Positions 28,255 through 41,046 of a DNA stretch of 64,000 bases are shown here, one piece after another; the first letter of the stretch is position 1; each line of letters opens with the position of its first letter. The position numbers were made by a program, and so were the translations under genes. The notes beneath the pieces are model-generated. The model was given only the letters and a program-made list of their open reading frames with translations, made no database searches and was not told the DNA's origin. The stretch comes from Piromyces finnis finn (taxonomy: Eukaryota; Fungi; Neocallimastigomycota), in NCBI GenBank assembly GCA_002104945.1, contig MCFH01000002.1, positions 434,001 to 498,000 on the forward strand, in the 5' to 3' direction.

Positions 28255-28330
28255 TCCAAGTATTGCGCAATGGATGCTTGGTTAGTCTTTAAAGGAAAAT
28301 TATAAGGACTAAGCTCATGGTACTGAGCGA
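28255..28330 (+). ncRNA. Candidate structured cis-RNA motif (three adjacent hairpins), copy 1
   Basis: CCAAGTA/TGCTTGG (28256-28281), TTAGTCTT/AGGACTAA (28282-28312), GCTCA-TGGTAC-TGAGC (28313-28328); 72/76 nt identical to 56621-56696. Confidence 0.5.
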
Positions 28331-29532
28331 GTAGAGTTGATAATCTGAGTGTTAGTTGTTATATCATATTTTCCTTACACCTCCAACTTACATTAGATAG
28401 TAGTTGTTATTTATAACCTTTATAACATAATATTTAACTTTATATTGTTTGATTCGGTAGTATTAAATACTGATTTTGAATATTTTTGATTTCTTTTTAT
28501 TTTTAGCTTTCAAAGACATTTTGTTATTCCAGTTTATTACTTATTCTCTTTGTTCTTTTATTCCTTTCTACTCTTTATATGTTGATTAGTCAAATAGTTT
28601 TGTTTTTTTCAGTTAGTTTGTTATTCCTTTCATTTATTCTTGAGTTTCGTTGTGGGTGCGGCTTTCATTACTATAATCATAATTAATCTTTTTATTTTTT
28701 CGAGGGGCACGGCTTTTTTTTCTTTTTATGATTTTATATGATTCTAATAATATTTTTTTTATTTTTTATTTTCTGAAACTCTAGATTTTCCAAGGAATCT
28801 CTTTTCTACTAACATTCTTTTGTATACTTTTTCTATCTCTTTTCTATATATATATATTTTTTATACTTTATATTATATGTATATTTATATATTTGTATAA
28901 TTTTATTAGGTTTATTATGGACTCTAATGGTAAGTATTAACTCTCTTTTTTTTAAACTTTTTTGTTATCAAAGCTTCAATCCTGGAAAATCGAGTATTCT
29001 ATTCTTTATATTATAAATACTACTCTTGTTTCAATTTTATTTTTTAAAAATATTTTTCATGTTTACCCAAAATTCTTCATCTTTTTTTCATTATTTTTTG
29101 ATTTAACTACTTTTAACTCTTATTATCTCTCTATCTTCCAACACAAATAACTTTAATGAATGTTCAAATCCAACAATCAGAATCAACACAATACAATAAT
29201 CATTCAATAATTAATACAAATCTTATAAATATAAAAAGCTTTCAAAATACAGTTATAACACAGAAATTCAAAGTGATAGATATTCAAAATTTATTTTCCC
29301 ATTCAAAGTCTTCAGTAGAGTTAGAACTAAGTTTTTCAACAACTTAGCCAATTTTTCAATTATAAAAAAATTAAAATATTGTTTGACAAATAATCCACTA
29401 GCAATATAATATATTCGTCTTTACTAATACTATTTATATTCTACTAAATATTTTATTTCTTTATCTTATTTATATCAATATTTTCAATTCTTCAATTTAT
29501 TAATATCTATTGTCATAATAAGTTCTTTCAGA

Positions 29533-30920
29533 ATGAACAATACCAATTGTACTGTACCTACCTTACGTTGTGGCCTTCGTTTCTTCGGATCTAACTCCAA
29601 TAAATCATACCTAATTTTTATCCATGATCTTAGTTCATGGTTAAAACAACGACTAATGGAATTTCTTTTAAAGGACATTCAACCTTTCAATGATATTCTT
29701 CAATCCCTTACCAAAAAATATTCACAATCACTCAGTACTTATTTCATTCTAAAAGTTAATGGAAAATGTCCGCTTAAAGCCATGTTACTTATACACTCAC
29801 TTTCTAAAAAACTCCCTATCTCTAGTAAAATATCTTGGAAATTCATTGATATGCTCAAAAACAATAGATCATATAAAAACAAACGATCTATTAAACCCAC
29901 TACTGGTCCACTCTCTGACGATTTCTATTTTAGTCACTTAAGTTCTAATGCTTCCTTTTTCAATTTATGTACTTTCTGGAACATCAATGGTTGGAACCCT
30001 GAGAAAAAGGATGGTGTTTTATATTTCATCTCTGTTTTCAAACCTGTATGTGTCTGCCTTCAAGAAGTAGGTAACAGCCAATTCTTCTGTGGTAACGCAA
30101 TTTCCTCCCCATGCCTACCGAACTATAAGCCAGTACATAGACGTGCTAATCCTAAAGTTCCAGGTATGAGAGGACTTTACATTGATGTTCATAACTCTTG
30201 TTCCTTTACTCCTGAACCTCTTCTATATAAGTACATTATTTCAGTTACAATACTGTCATTTTGGAACCAGAGACGTACCATAGGTAATATTTACTTTCCG
30301 CAAACTAGATGGCCGGATGCTAGATTAATTGTCTTTGATGAACTTGATAAGTCGTTAACAACACATAACAAATTCAACCACCCAGCTATCCTTGTAGGAG
30401 ACTTCAATATGTCAGTTATTAAAATCAAATCTTATATTTCACAACACTTCCCTGATTGGACTATGGATGAGTTAGCTGGTAATAATTTTACCTGGGAAAA
30501 AGGATCTAAATCTTCATACATTGACCATATTATATACAACAAAGCTATGACAGAACATATAAACAAATCTTCAGTTTGCGAAGTTTTTCACAATGTTTCT
30601 GATTTTTGTCTTGTAAAAAAGACTCTTCTGATGGTTTCAAAAAGCTTAAGAAGACCTTTAAGTGGTCAAGTCATATCTGTAACACAAAGTGTTCTGACAT
30701 TCTTATTAGTAATCGCTTTGCTGTTCTAGCTTCTGAGCTTGAAGCTAATTGCAATAGCCTATCGGCTGACGATATGGTTTCCAAATTTTTAGATACTCCA
30801 AAAACTATCGGTAAAGATATAAAAGCCATTGTGCCTGCAGATTTAAAAGGTCCAGCATTCCATTGTCCTCAATACATCAAAAACTTATCACATGAAAAAC
30901 ACCTGGCTTACAAAAATATT
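29533..30920 (+). pseudogene. Retrotransposon ORF remnant: N-terminal domain plus AP-endonuclease, frameshifted near 30603 and truncated
   Basis: APE motifs FWNINGW, CLQEVG, IGNIYFP, LVGDFN, YIDHII and HNVSD (the catalytic His that should follow is lost at the frameshift); the second frame 30606-30920 continues with similarity to the post-endonuclease region of the full-length copy. Confidence 0.8.
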
Positions 30921-31828
30921 ATTTTATTTTTATTTTTTTATATTTAATTGCAATATATATATAATATTTAAATATCAACTATTAAATTTATATACTAATA
31001 ATGTTGATAATAATAATTAGTAAAAAAAAATAAGGATTTATGCAAGAAAGTAAACTATTTCTTTTTTCTTTTTTCTTAGAACATTATTAATAAAAATATA
31101 TCCAATTTTAAAGGTATTTTTTCTATTATATAAAAAAAATCAAATCCATAAAAAAATATCATTTATGTATAAATTGAAAATTTTGAATATATCAATAAAA
31201 TACTTATATATAATTTAATAAATTATAAAAAAAGAAAAAAGCTCTAGAGTATAATTACGTATTAGTATTTATTTTAAAAGCTTTTTTAACTAGCTACTAA
31301 AAAGGAAATGTACCAAATCGAAATAGGTTATATAAATTTTCCATCATATTAAATTATTAATTTAAATCATTTATTACTATCAAACTTTATTGAATATATT
31401 TAAACAGAAAAATGATAAACAAAAATGTTACACAAATCATTTGGTATTTTATGGTTAAGGTAACACAATAGTTGGTACAACAAAGATGTATATTCCTTAA
31501 ATTGTTACACTTTTTTTAATACTAATTATGCTAATCAAGAAGAATAAAAGGAAAATAAACAATATATTTATATCTTTAATAAACTTTTAAAAAATAAAAA
31601 TAAAAAAAACACATAGATATCATACTAAATTAAAGTATTTAAAAAATACTAAATTTCGTATCGATAATTTTTTTACACATTTACATTTCAAATATTTTTA
31701 TACCTATTTACTTATTATTATAAGATAGTAACTTTATTTCGATTCTTTTTAATGAGAGTGATTATTTTTTAGACATTTATGAATAAAAAGATAGTAATAG
31801 TAAATTTTGCTATTTATCAATAAAATAA

Positions 31829-32483
31829 TTATAACATCACTAAAGATACTAAAATTAATAAAATATTACTAATTTTCAGTATTGTTCCCACCACTTTCAA
31901 CTTGTGCAGCATGTTAGACTTTACATTCGTTAGATTCTAAGATAAATAACATATTTGATTTTATATTACTTCATTCAATTTTTACATTTCCATCACTGAT
32001 GAATTTTCTAAAAAGTTTAATTAACAGATAAATTTTTATAAAGTAAAGACTCAGTACACTTCTTTGGTAACGAATGACATTCTTATTTTTATTGCTTATC
32101 AAGTTTATAGAATATGGTTCATTGTTTTTATCAGTTTGACAAAAAACATCATTCCATTGTTTTTATCAATTTGTGTGATAATATTAATTTTTGTAAATTC
32201 AGTGTAATTTTTACATACATGATAATATCATAAAGGATCTTTGACATTCATTTTAATTAATATTATCACACAAACTTTTTTAATTTGGTAAATTGAATTT
32301 TTTGGTATACATTTATAATATTTGGAATTTTCATATTCTTATCTACATTCAGTATTTAAACTATTTGAAAATGACTCTTCTTCATTATTAAGACCTTTTC
32401 TTTTTAGTAACTTTGAATAATCAGCAACATTAGCATAAATTGAAAAAGAAAAATTAAAACTGATAATAAGAGATAAACTTCAT
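31829..32483 (-). pseudogene. Decayed gene for a secreted Cys-containing protein with signal peptide and hydrophobic (GPI-like) C-terminus
   Basis: With frameshifts: MKFIS(L)IISFNFSFSIYANVADYSKLLKRKGLNNEEE..NTECR*EYENSKYYKCIPK..KDPL*YYHVCKNYTEF..ESNECKV*HAAQVESG..LKISNILLILVSLVML*; many stops. Confidence 0.5.
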
Positions 32484-35400
32484 TTTATATTTATTCAATT
32501 ATATGACTAAAAAAAAAATCAAAATATTATAGAATATTTTAATAAACTTTTTTATCTTCATTTTTGTTTCTTCATATTTACCAAAGGAAAAGGATAAACT
32601 ACAAAAAATATATAATTAATTACAATCCAATAGACTGAATTATATTAACCAATAAATTTTCATTACATATTTTCTTTGTACAAATCGGGTGATGATGTAA
32701 GATTATTTAAGATGGCAAAAAACTAATATAAAAAAAAATTTATAATACTAATGTATTTATAATGTTTTATCAATTTATTACAATACATTAATGTATATAT
32801 TATATATATTATGTTGTAAATAAATGAATTAATATTATCTAAAGTATATCCAATCCAATACATTCTAAATACAAATTAAGATACAATATAATAATATATA
32901 TAAATTATACAATTTTTTTATATTATTTATATATGTTATCTTGAATAATATAGAAATTAATACAATAAATTACAATATATATAAAGAATATTAATATTAT
33001 ATTGTAATTGAATTTGTTTTTTAATTTCTATTTATTTACATTATCTATTACATCAAGTTTCAAAAAAAAAAAAAAAAAAAAAAAGAGGCTTGTGGATCAA
33101 AATATTAAAATATTGCTTGATTTAACCTAAAAAACTTTGGGAATTCTAGGCAATTTTTAAGGTACGGAATTAAAAAAAAAAAAAAAGCAGCTTAATTATA
33201 ATTGTAAAAGTATTTTTTTAGGTATAAAACTACTAGATGTTAATAAAAGAAAGAAAAATTTAATAATAAAGCATCACTAATTCTAAGTAGAAAAGTAAAC
33301 AATTAATAGAAAATATAAATTTTATTATATTTTTTAAATATTACCATTATTTTTAAATGATCAGAGATAACAATGGTTTCCTGTTGCTAATCTATACCAT
33401 GAAAATTGTCAAGAAAAAATTTTTTTATTTAAATAATAATTATATATTCAATTATTTTTTATATTTATTTCTATTTATCCATTTAATAAAATAGTAATTT
33501 ATTTAATTATTCATTTATTTAACATATTATTTTATTTACTTTTATGATCATTCATTGAATTAATTCTTTAATTCACATAATTATTACCCAATTTAAATAT
33601 ATATTAAGAGTTTATTGTATCGTATATTAAAAAATATTTCAATTCTTTAATGTCCATTCCTTATTAAAAATTTATTATCTTTGAAGATTTTCACCTTACC
33701 TTATCATTCCCAGTCATTTCAAAGGAAGGTTGTAGTAATGTTATATTTTTTCTCAAAATTCTATATATAAAATATGTATTATTTAAAGTAAAACCGAATG
33801 GTGGATAGCAGTTTTATAGGTAATATAGAAATGAGACTTTTTATATAATAATGTGGTATAAGCATTCATAATAACCCTTTTCGCTTAGAAATAATGTCAT
33901 CATAAGCATTCAGTAACTTTACGCTAAATAAAAAAAGTTTTCTTTTAAAAAAAAATAAAAGATATTGTTTAAAATTATATTTTTTAATAATTAGAAAAGT
34001 CAAGTAATGGAATCTAGGGTAATTTTGTTTTTTGTTTCCTATAATTCTCTCTTTATTTTAAGCAAATTAGTCTATATGACTTCCTGCCTATATTCTTGGT
34101 ATTTTTAATGAATTTTACCAAAAATAAAAAGTTATTTTATTGTTATTATTATTATTAAACTTTGTTTCTTTTATATTTATTATATATAATGTAGTTTAAT
34201 ATATATTATTATATATTATACTATAAATGTAATATATAAAAGATAGGAATGATGAAATTAAATGTTTTTAATATTTTATTAGTTTAAATAAATCATATAT
34301 TATATTAATATATTATTCATATATAATATTTATATAATATTTATATATTAATTTATCAATGAATGAATAATTATAAAATTAAATAAATTTTTGAAGTTTT
34401 ATATTTTTAAAATTCTAATAAATAAACTTTATAATTAATTATTTTATTTTAAAAAATATTATGATTCATTTATTAAAATAAATGAATGAATAAATAAATA
34501 AATTTTAGTTTTTAAAACAAACTATTAATTTGATTTTTATAGTTATTGAAGAATATAGAGCAGGTAAACCATCATTATATAAAGCAATTTATAAATGGTA
34601 TTTCATATAATGTCTTTTTTAACGCTAATACTAATATATATGTTCTATGTGGAAAATTAAGTTTAAGTTAAGGAGAAATCTTTTTTTTTTTTTGATCTTA
34701 TTTTATTTAGTATTTTTTTAAATTTTTCAATATATATACAATATATAAACAGTATGGTTTTTAAATTAAAAAAAAAGAAGTAATATTTTGATGCAATTAT
34801 ATTTAATATACCATAAACTGATTAAATATAATATATTTCAATATAAAATAATATATTACACATATTTTTAATAATGTTGACTATTGAATACAATATGTAA
34901 TATAATACAATTTATATTAAATGTATTCAGTATTTATATTACAATATAATACATTTCTAGCCTTTTATTTAGTGTTAAAAAAAATATATATATTAAATAG
35001 AGATAATAATATATTTAATGTATTTGTAAAGTACAATAAATTGAAAATATCAAATATTTAAATTGTATCATATATTAATAATATGTAATGTATTAATAAA
35101 ATGAAATTTAATTGTTATATATAGATGATGATGAGTAAAGCAGTTTATTTAGTTTATTCATTTATATATACATGAAATTATTTATTTCTTATTTATTCAT
35201 TTAATTATTTTATTGATTAGAAATTTATATATACCATAATTAAAATATATTTACAAGCGGTTTTTATTTTATTTTTTTTTTAAACTTTTTAATTTCAACT
35301 TTTAATATTTTTTAAAAAAGATAATTTAATCTTTTTTTTATTAAAATTTAAAAATGTAACTATATATATTATAATTATATTAAAACTATAAAATGAAATG

Positions 35401-36562
35401 AATAAAAAAGTATATAAGCATGTTATTTTATAAAGATAAATTACTTAGTAGAATAAAAATATTCAGTAGTAAAATATCCAGATTCCTTGAAACACATTCA
35501 ACTTTAATAAATATTATTACATTTAAAAAAAATGAAAATATATATATTTAATCAATTAAAACATTCAAAATATGTTCGATAAATAGTAAAATCAATTTTC
35601 AATTTGAGAATTACTTGAATAAATATTAACAAAAAATATTATTAATAATACTATAATTACTAATTATATTTGAATTATATATATAATTTTAAATGCAATA
35701 AGTATTTCAGTTAAAATTAAAAAGTCTTTTGTTCTATCGTGATTGTTTATATAAATATTTATATATTTTATTCCAGTATATATGTGAACGAAAGAATAAG
35801 AAAAAAAAAAGTTTATTAATATTATCAATATTTAAAGAATATGATGTGATGTCAATTACTTTAAAAAGTATTTTATCAAGAAATCGTAAAATTAAAATAA
35901 GAAAAGATATTACACCGTATTCTTTTCAATTGAATAAATAGAAGATTAGATAAAGTATTTAAAATCAATCCATTATTTAGCTATTACTGTAGTAATTTAC
36001 ATATAATAATTTATATTACAATATTTTATTGATACAATATATTTTAACGTTTACAATTGTAATAGTATATTACAGAAAATATAAAAAGGAAAAATCAATT
36101 ATTACATATTAAAAAAAAGCGTAAAAGAGTTATCATTTTTTACATATACAAAGTAAAAATGTAAAGCTTTTCTCCCTATTTATTAAACAAGAATATAACA
36201 AAATATTATAATAATTAATCTATTTCACGATGAAACTATTTATATCAAGCAAGAAATTAAAAAGGCAATTTAATAAATTTTAAATATCAAAAATACTTTA
36301 AGAACAATATTCACATCATAAAGTATACCATTTTCAATATAAAAAATAAATAATATCATTTAATATTTATCTTTAATAAAATAACAGGCAAATTAAATAT
36401 AACTTAATTTATTAAATAAAAATATATTCTTCTAACACAAATTATATTAATTATATTTTTTATTTGTTATACTTTTTTTTTTTTTTTTTGATAAAATTTT
36501 TCTTTTTCATTTCTTTCCTTCTTCATTTTTAATAAATAGATATATATAGATCATAGGAAAAA

Positions 36563-38711
36563 ATGTCAACATTAGAATCATCATCAAGCCAAGGAGGAAT
36601 GAAAACATATTTATGTAGACATACTTGTGGTTGTAAACTTCGTCATTCTACTGAATTTACTCGCTCATCCGTTTCTTCTCAAGGTGCTTTATGGTATCAT
36701 GAACATAATGAAACTTTACATCCAAAACATAATCTTGACTGTGAATATGAACGTTTCAGAAGTACTAGAAAAATAAAAGATGGAAAAGATAAAACTAAGG
36801 ATATTAAACATGATAAGGTAAATACGACTTAATTATATAAAGAATATAAAGAATTTAAAATTTTAAGAGGAAATACAAAAACCAAGTGAATAGTTTTATA
36901 TTAAAATAGAATAATATTGGTTGGAGCATAGAATATATCAAAATATGTAGATAGCATAAAAAAATATAGAATAACAGATCAGTTTTAAATGATGTATAAT
37001 TTTACAAAGTTTTTTCATATAGATATATAAAAATAAATTATAATAGTTAAATTAAATATTAAATTCTTAGATTACAATATACTGTTAAATAATGGAAATA
37101 GAATCATATTAATAGAGTAAGATAGGGTATAAAAATAATGAAATAGTATTGAAAAAATATATATAGTGTACAATAATATAAAAATTAAATATGATTGGAA
37201 TTGAAAAAATATATATTATAAATAGTTGTGTCTTTTTATTTTAAATTTAAAAAATTAAAATAAAATAAAATAAAATAATAATGAAAAAATAGGCTAGACA
37301 AAATAATTCATCAACTTCATCCATTAATGGTTCTTCAACTTCCAATTCTTTACAAGACATTACTACCACTGGTGGTAATGTCAATTCATCAAACTTTATG
37401 CCAATTCAACCTCAACAAAATTATAATAATATATATCCAAAGTTATTATTCCAACAATATCAAAAAAATACAATAGGAGGTAAGTTAAATATCGAAGGTA
37501 TGCCAGTAGTTAATGGTCATACTGATGTTAATTCTAGAGTCGTAACTAATGACTCTGATTTTTCAAAATTACAAACAATGGCTAATAATACTTCCAATTC
37601 TATGACATTATATTCAGATGACCAATTCAAAAGAAAAGCCTCAATTCAAGAAGATCAAAATAATAAACGTCTTAGAGTTGCTATGGAAGGTATTACTTAT
37701 CCAAATCAATATCAATTTGATGAAACTCAATTTTTAAAAGCTGAAATTAAAGAATTACAAGAACAAATTGATTTCCTTAAACTTCAATATATAGAACAAT
37801 TCCTTCCAAAAGATAAAGTTGACGGAAATAATTATTCCAACAACATAAATTTATTAAAGAGAGTGGTCCCACAATTTTTACATGATATTTGGTTTAAGAA
37901 TTGTAAAAATACTACAGAATACCAAAAAAGAATTATTGAAATTTTAACTACTATCATAGAATTTTTCGATCCAGATAATAACAAGAATAATCAATCACCA
38001 AATCTTGCAAATAATGGTAATGAAAATGTTCAAAATATGATGAACCCAGGTAGTATCATGACACCAGATAATTTAAATAAGGCTCCAACAGATGAACCAT
38101 CACCAGTTGTTGATGCTATTATGAAAGATCCATTAAATCATGCTATTCCAAACCCAGTTGGTGCTGTTAATGCAGTCGGTGCTGTTAGCGCTGTCAGTGC
38201 TGTTAATGCTGTTAATGCTGTTAATGCAATTAATGCTGTTAGTCAAGCCATTGAAAATAATCATTTCATAACAAATACTACATTAAATGATGATGGTTTA
38301 AGTAATACCAATTCTAATACTATTGTTGCAAACAATATCGAATCCTTAGAAGGTATTAACGAAACCGCAAAAAACGCTACTATCCTTAACATTGATGCTC
38401 CAGAAATTGTAAATAGTGCTGAAGCAAAAGCCGCAGAGCTTGCTGCTGTCGCTGCTGCCCCAGTTATAAAACTTGATCCAACTAATGCTACTACTGCCAT
38501 TGATTTAACTGCTTCACTTGGTTCAATTAAAGATGACGATGCAACCGCTACTTTAAATAATACTAGTATTATAAATCCAATTCAATTAACCACCCAAATG
38601 GCTCAAGCTGCTCCAGCTGCTGTAAAGCCTGAAACTAATCTTGTTGGTACTAACGCATTACCACCAACTTTTGCTTTACACGGTAACGAAATAGAAGTTA
38701 TGAAAAAATGA
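36563..38711 (+). CDS. Unknown protein, putative Zn-binding nuclear/transcription factor (at least 2 exons: 36563-36817, 37293-38711)
   Basis: Phase-0 GT donor after 36817; AG acceptor at 37291-37292 in frame with ORF 37398. N-terminal Cys/His cluster, bipartite NLS-like KRK...KRLR, coiled-coil segment, Asn/Ala-rich tail. Confidence 0.6.
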
Positions 38712-39554
38712 ATTTTATTATCACATTTTTTATATAAAAATTCATAACAAAAATTTATAGTTTAACGCATCATAATAGAAAAAAAAAAAAAAAAAAAAAA
38801 GAACAAAATCATTAATATTATTATAATTATAAAACAAATCGCGTTATTGTTGATATAGCATATTCATAGTATCTATTAAAAATTTTTTTTTATATTTCCA
38901 GGATTTTATTTATAATCTATTTCCCTTTTCATTAATAATCATTTTATTTTTTTTTTTTTTATAATATTAAAAGAGAAGATGGGATGATATCTATATAAAC
39001 TTTTTAAAAATAGAAAAATTACTGTTATTTTCATATTAAAAATTTTATTAAAATTATTTATATATTATTTATTTATTTTTTCTTTTTTTTTTTTTTTATT
39101 TTTTATTTATATATTTATATTTAAAATATAAAAAAAATAATAAAAAAAAAGAAAGAAAGAAAGAAAGGAAAGAAAAAGAAAGTAAAAGAAAATAATAGTA
39201 AAATATTTTATATATATATATATAATTTTTTTTTTATTATTATAATTAAATTATACTATTTTTATATAAGTTCTTTATTACATTATTTTTCATATATTTA
39301 AACTCATTGACATGGCATTGTTATATGGCATGACAAAATAATAAACTCAAAAAATAAAAAAATAAATAAATAAAAAAAGTTAAAAAAAGAAAAGTTTTTA
39401 AATATAATGTTTAAAAGTATTAAACAGTAGAATTTTATTATGATGGTAGTATAAATATTTTTTAAAATAATCTTTCTGTACATGAAATTTGAAATTTATA
39501 GTATTGTACCTTTTTTGTATTATAGGATAAAGATAGCATTTTCCATGGTTCTTT

Positions 39555-39587
<33 letters not shown>

Positions 39588-39787
39588 TTTATCAGTTTTT
39601 TAATTTTATTATATAATAAAAAATTAAAGAAAATTAATGTAAGTATATATTAAAAAAAAAATGTTTTACTCATAATATTTTTATTGCTATTTTATTTGCT
39701 TAAAATTAAAAAAAAGAAAAAAAAAAAGTTTATTTACTTTGCATTTTAATTTGCAATACTAATACACTAATATATATATATTTATTA

Positions 39788-39818
<31 letters not shown>

Positions 39819-39983
39819 TTGATTAATTTTTTATTTCTCATTTTCCCTATAAAAATATTTTTTCTTTAATTTCTATATACATTAGTATTAAATATAGAAA
39901 AGCTCAAATAAACAATGATAAAAATAATAATAAAAATGAAAACAAATAAAACAGAATTATTGATACAAAATTAAAATTTATTA

Positions 39984-41004
39984 TTATATGGGTTCTTTTC
40001 CTTTATTCTTTTTGGAAAATATTAATTCATCTTCCGGTAAACATTGGCTGGTATCATCCGAATAGATTAAAGAGGAGACATTAGCCGTCGGTGAACTTAA
40101 TAATACTGCTGATATTGGAGAAGTTGTTGAAATGGATGATACTTTTGAAATAGGTGAGGTCAATTGATCTTGGGAAATAGGTATTTGAGAAGTATGATGG
40201 GTAGAAGGTAAAATGAAATTTGTACTTGGAGGAGTGGTTGGAGGAGCTAATTTTAATTTATAGGTATCATTTTTTTTATTGGTATCTAACAAGGAAAAAA
40301 TATAATTTGGATGAGTAGTAAGACGTTGTTGGGTTGGAGATATGGATGAATTTGAATGGGGAGTTTTCTTTGAATTAGAAAGATGATTCGAATAAAAAAT
40401 TGGAGTTGATTTCATTTTTGTTATGAGGGTTGGTGTGATACTACCACTCTCGTTTGATATAAAGGACGTTTTAGTTGGGGATTGTACTAATTTTGATGAA
40501 CTAGCTTCATCCCCTAGAATAGCTCCTTCTTTTCTATTATAATCATTATTCTCTTGATAATCCATTGATTTGAAAGTAGATGGTAACGTTTTATTTCTTA
40601 TTTTATTTATTCTTTCTGAATTAGATCCCACTTCCGAATGGTTTGAATTTTGATTTCCATTGATTTGATAATATTCAATCTCTGATAAAATTTCATACTT
40701 TATAAAAAAAATTAAATAAATAAACAGAAATGATGAATGATTTATTAAAAAAAAAAAAATAAATTATTGGGTTTATAATGATGCCGATAATGATTATAAT
40801 TAATTATAATTACCTTGGAAACAGAGTTTGTTAATTGTTCAAATTGATCTAATGATGTAATTTGTTGTTCCTTATTATTCGTTGTTAGTGCCTATCATGA
40901 ATAAATAAAAGTAATGATTAATATTTAATATATTTTTATATTTTTAAATAAATGATCTTTTATTATTATTATTATTATTATTAACAATAAGAGAAAAGAG
41001 AGGG

Positions 41005-41046
<42 letters not shown>

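Larger units (their letters stand above)
28238..30925 (+). mobile_element. Degenerate APE-type non-LTR retrotransposon, 5' half only (leader, N-terminal domain, endonuclease; no RT)
   Basis: Shares the 76-nt leader motif and N-terminal/APE protein homology with the element at 56526-62117; coding similarity ends abruptly near 30920 in AT-rich DNA. Outer boundaries approximate; no TSD found. Confidence 0.8.

Noticed and set aside
28962-29347. Small ORFs in the leader of the truncated element as a possible ORF1
   Set aside because: Short, low-complexity, and without counterpart in the full-length element.
33085-33186. Short GC-richer segment with a weak hairpin between two poly(A) tracts
   Set aside because: No TSD, no second copy in the window and weak pairing; poly(A) tracts are ubiquitous here.
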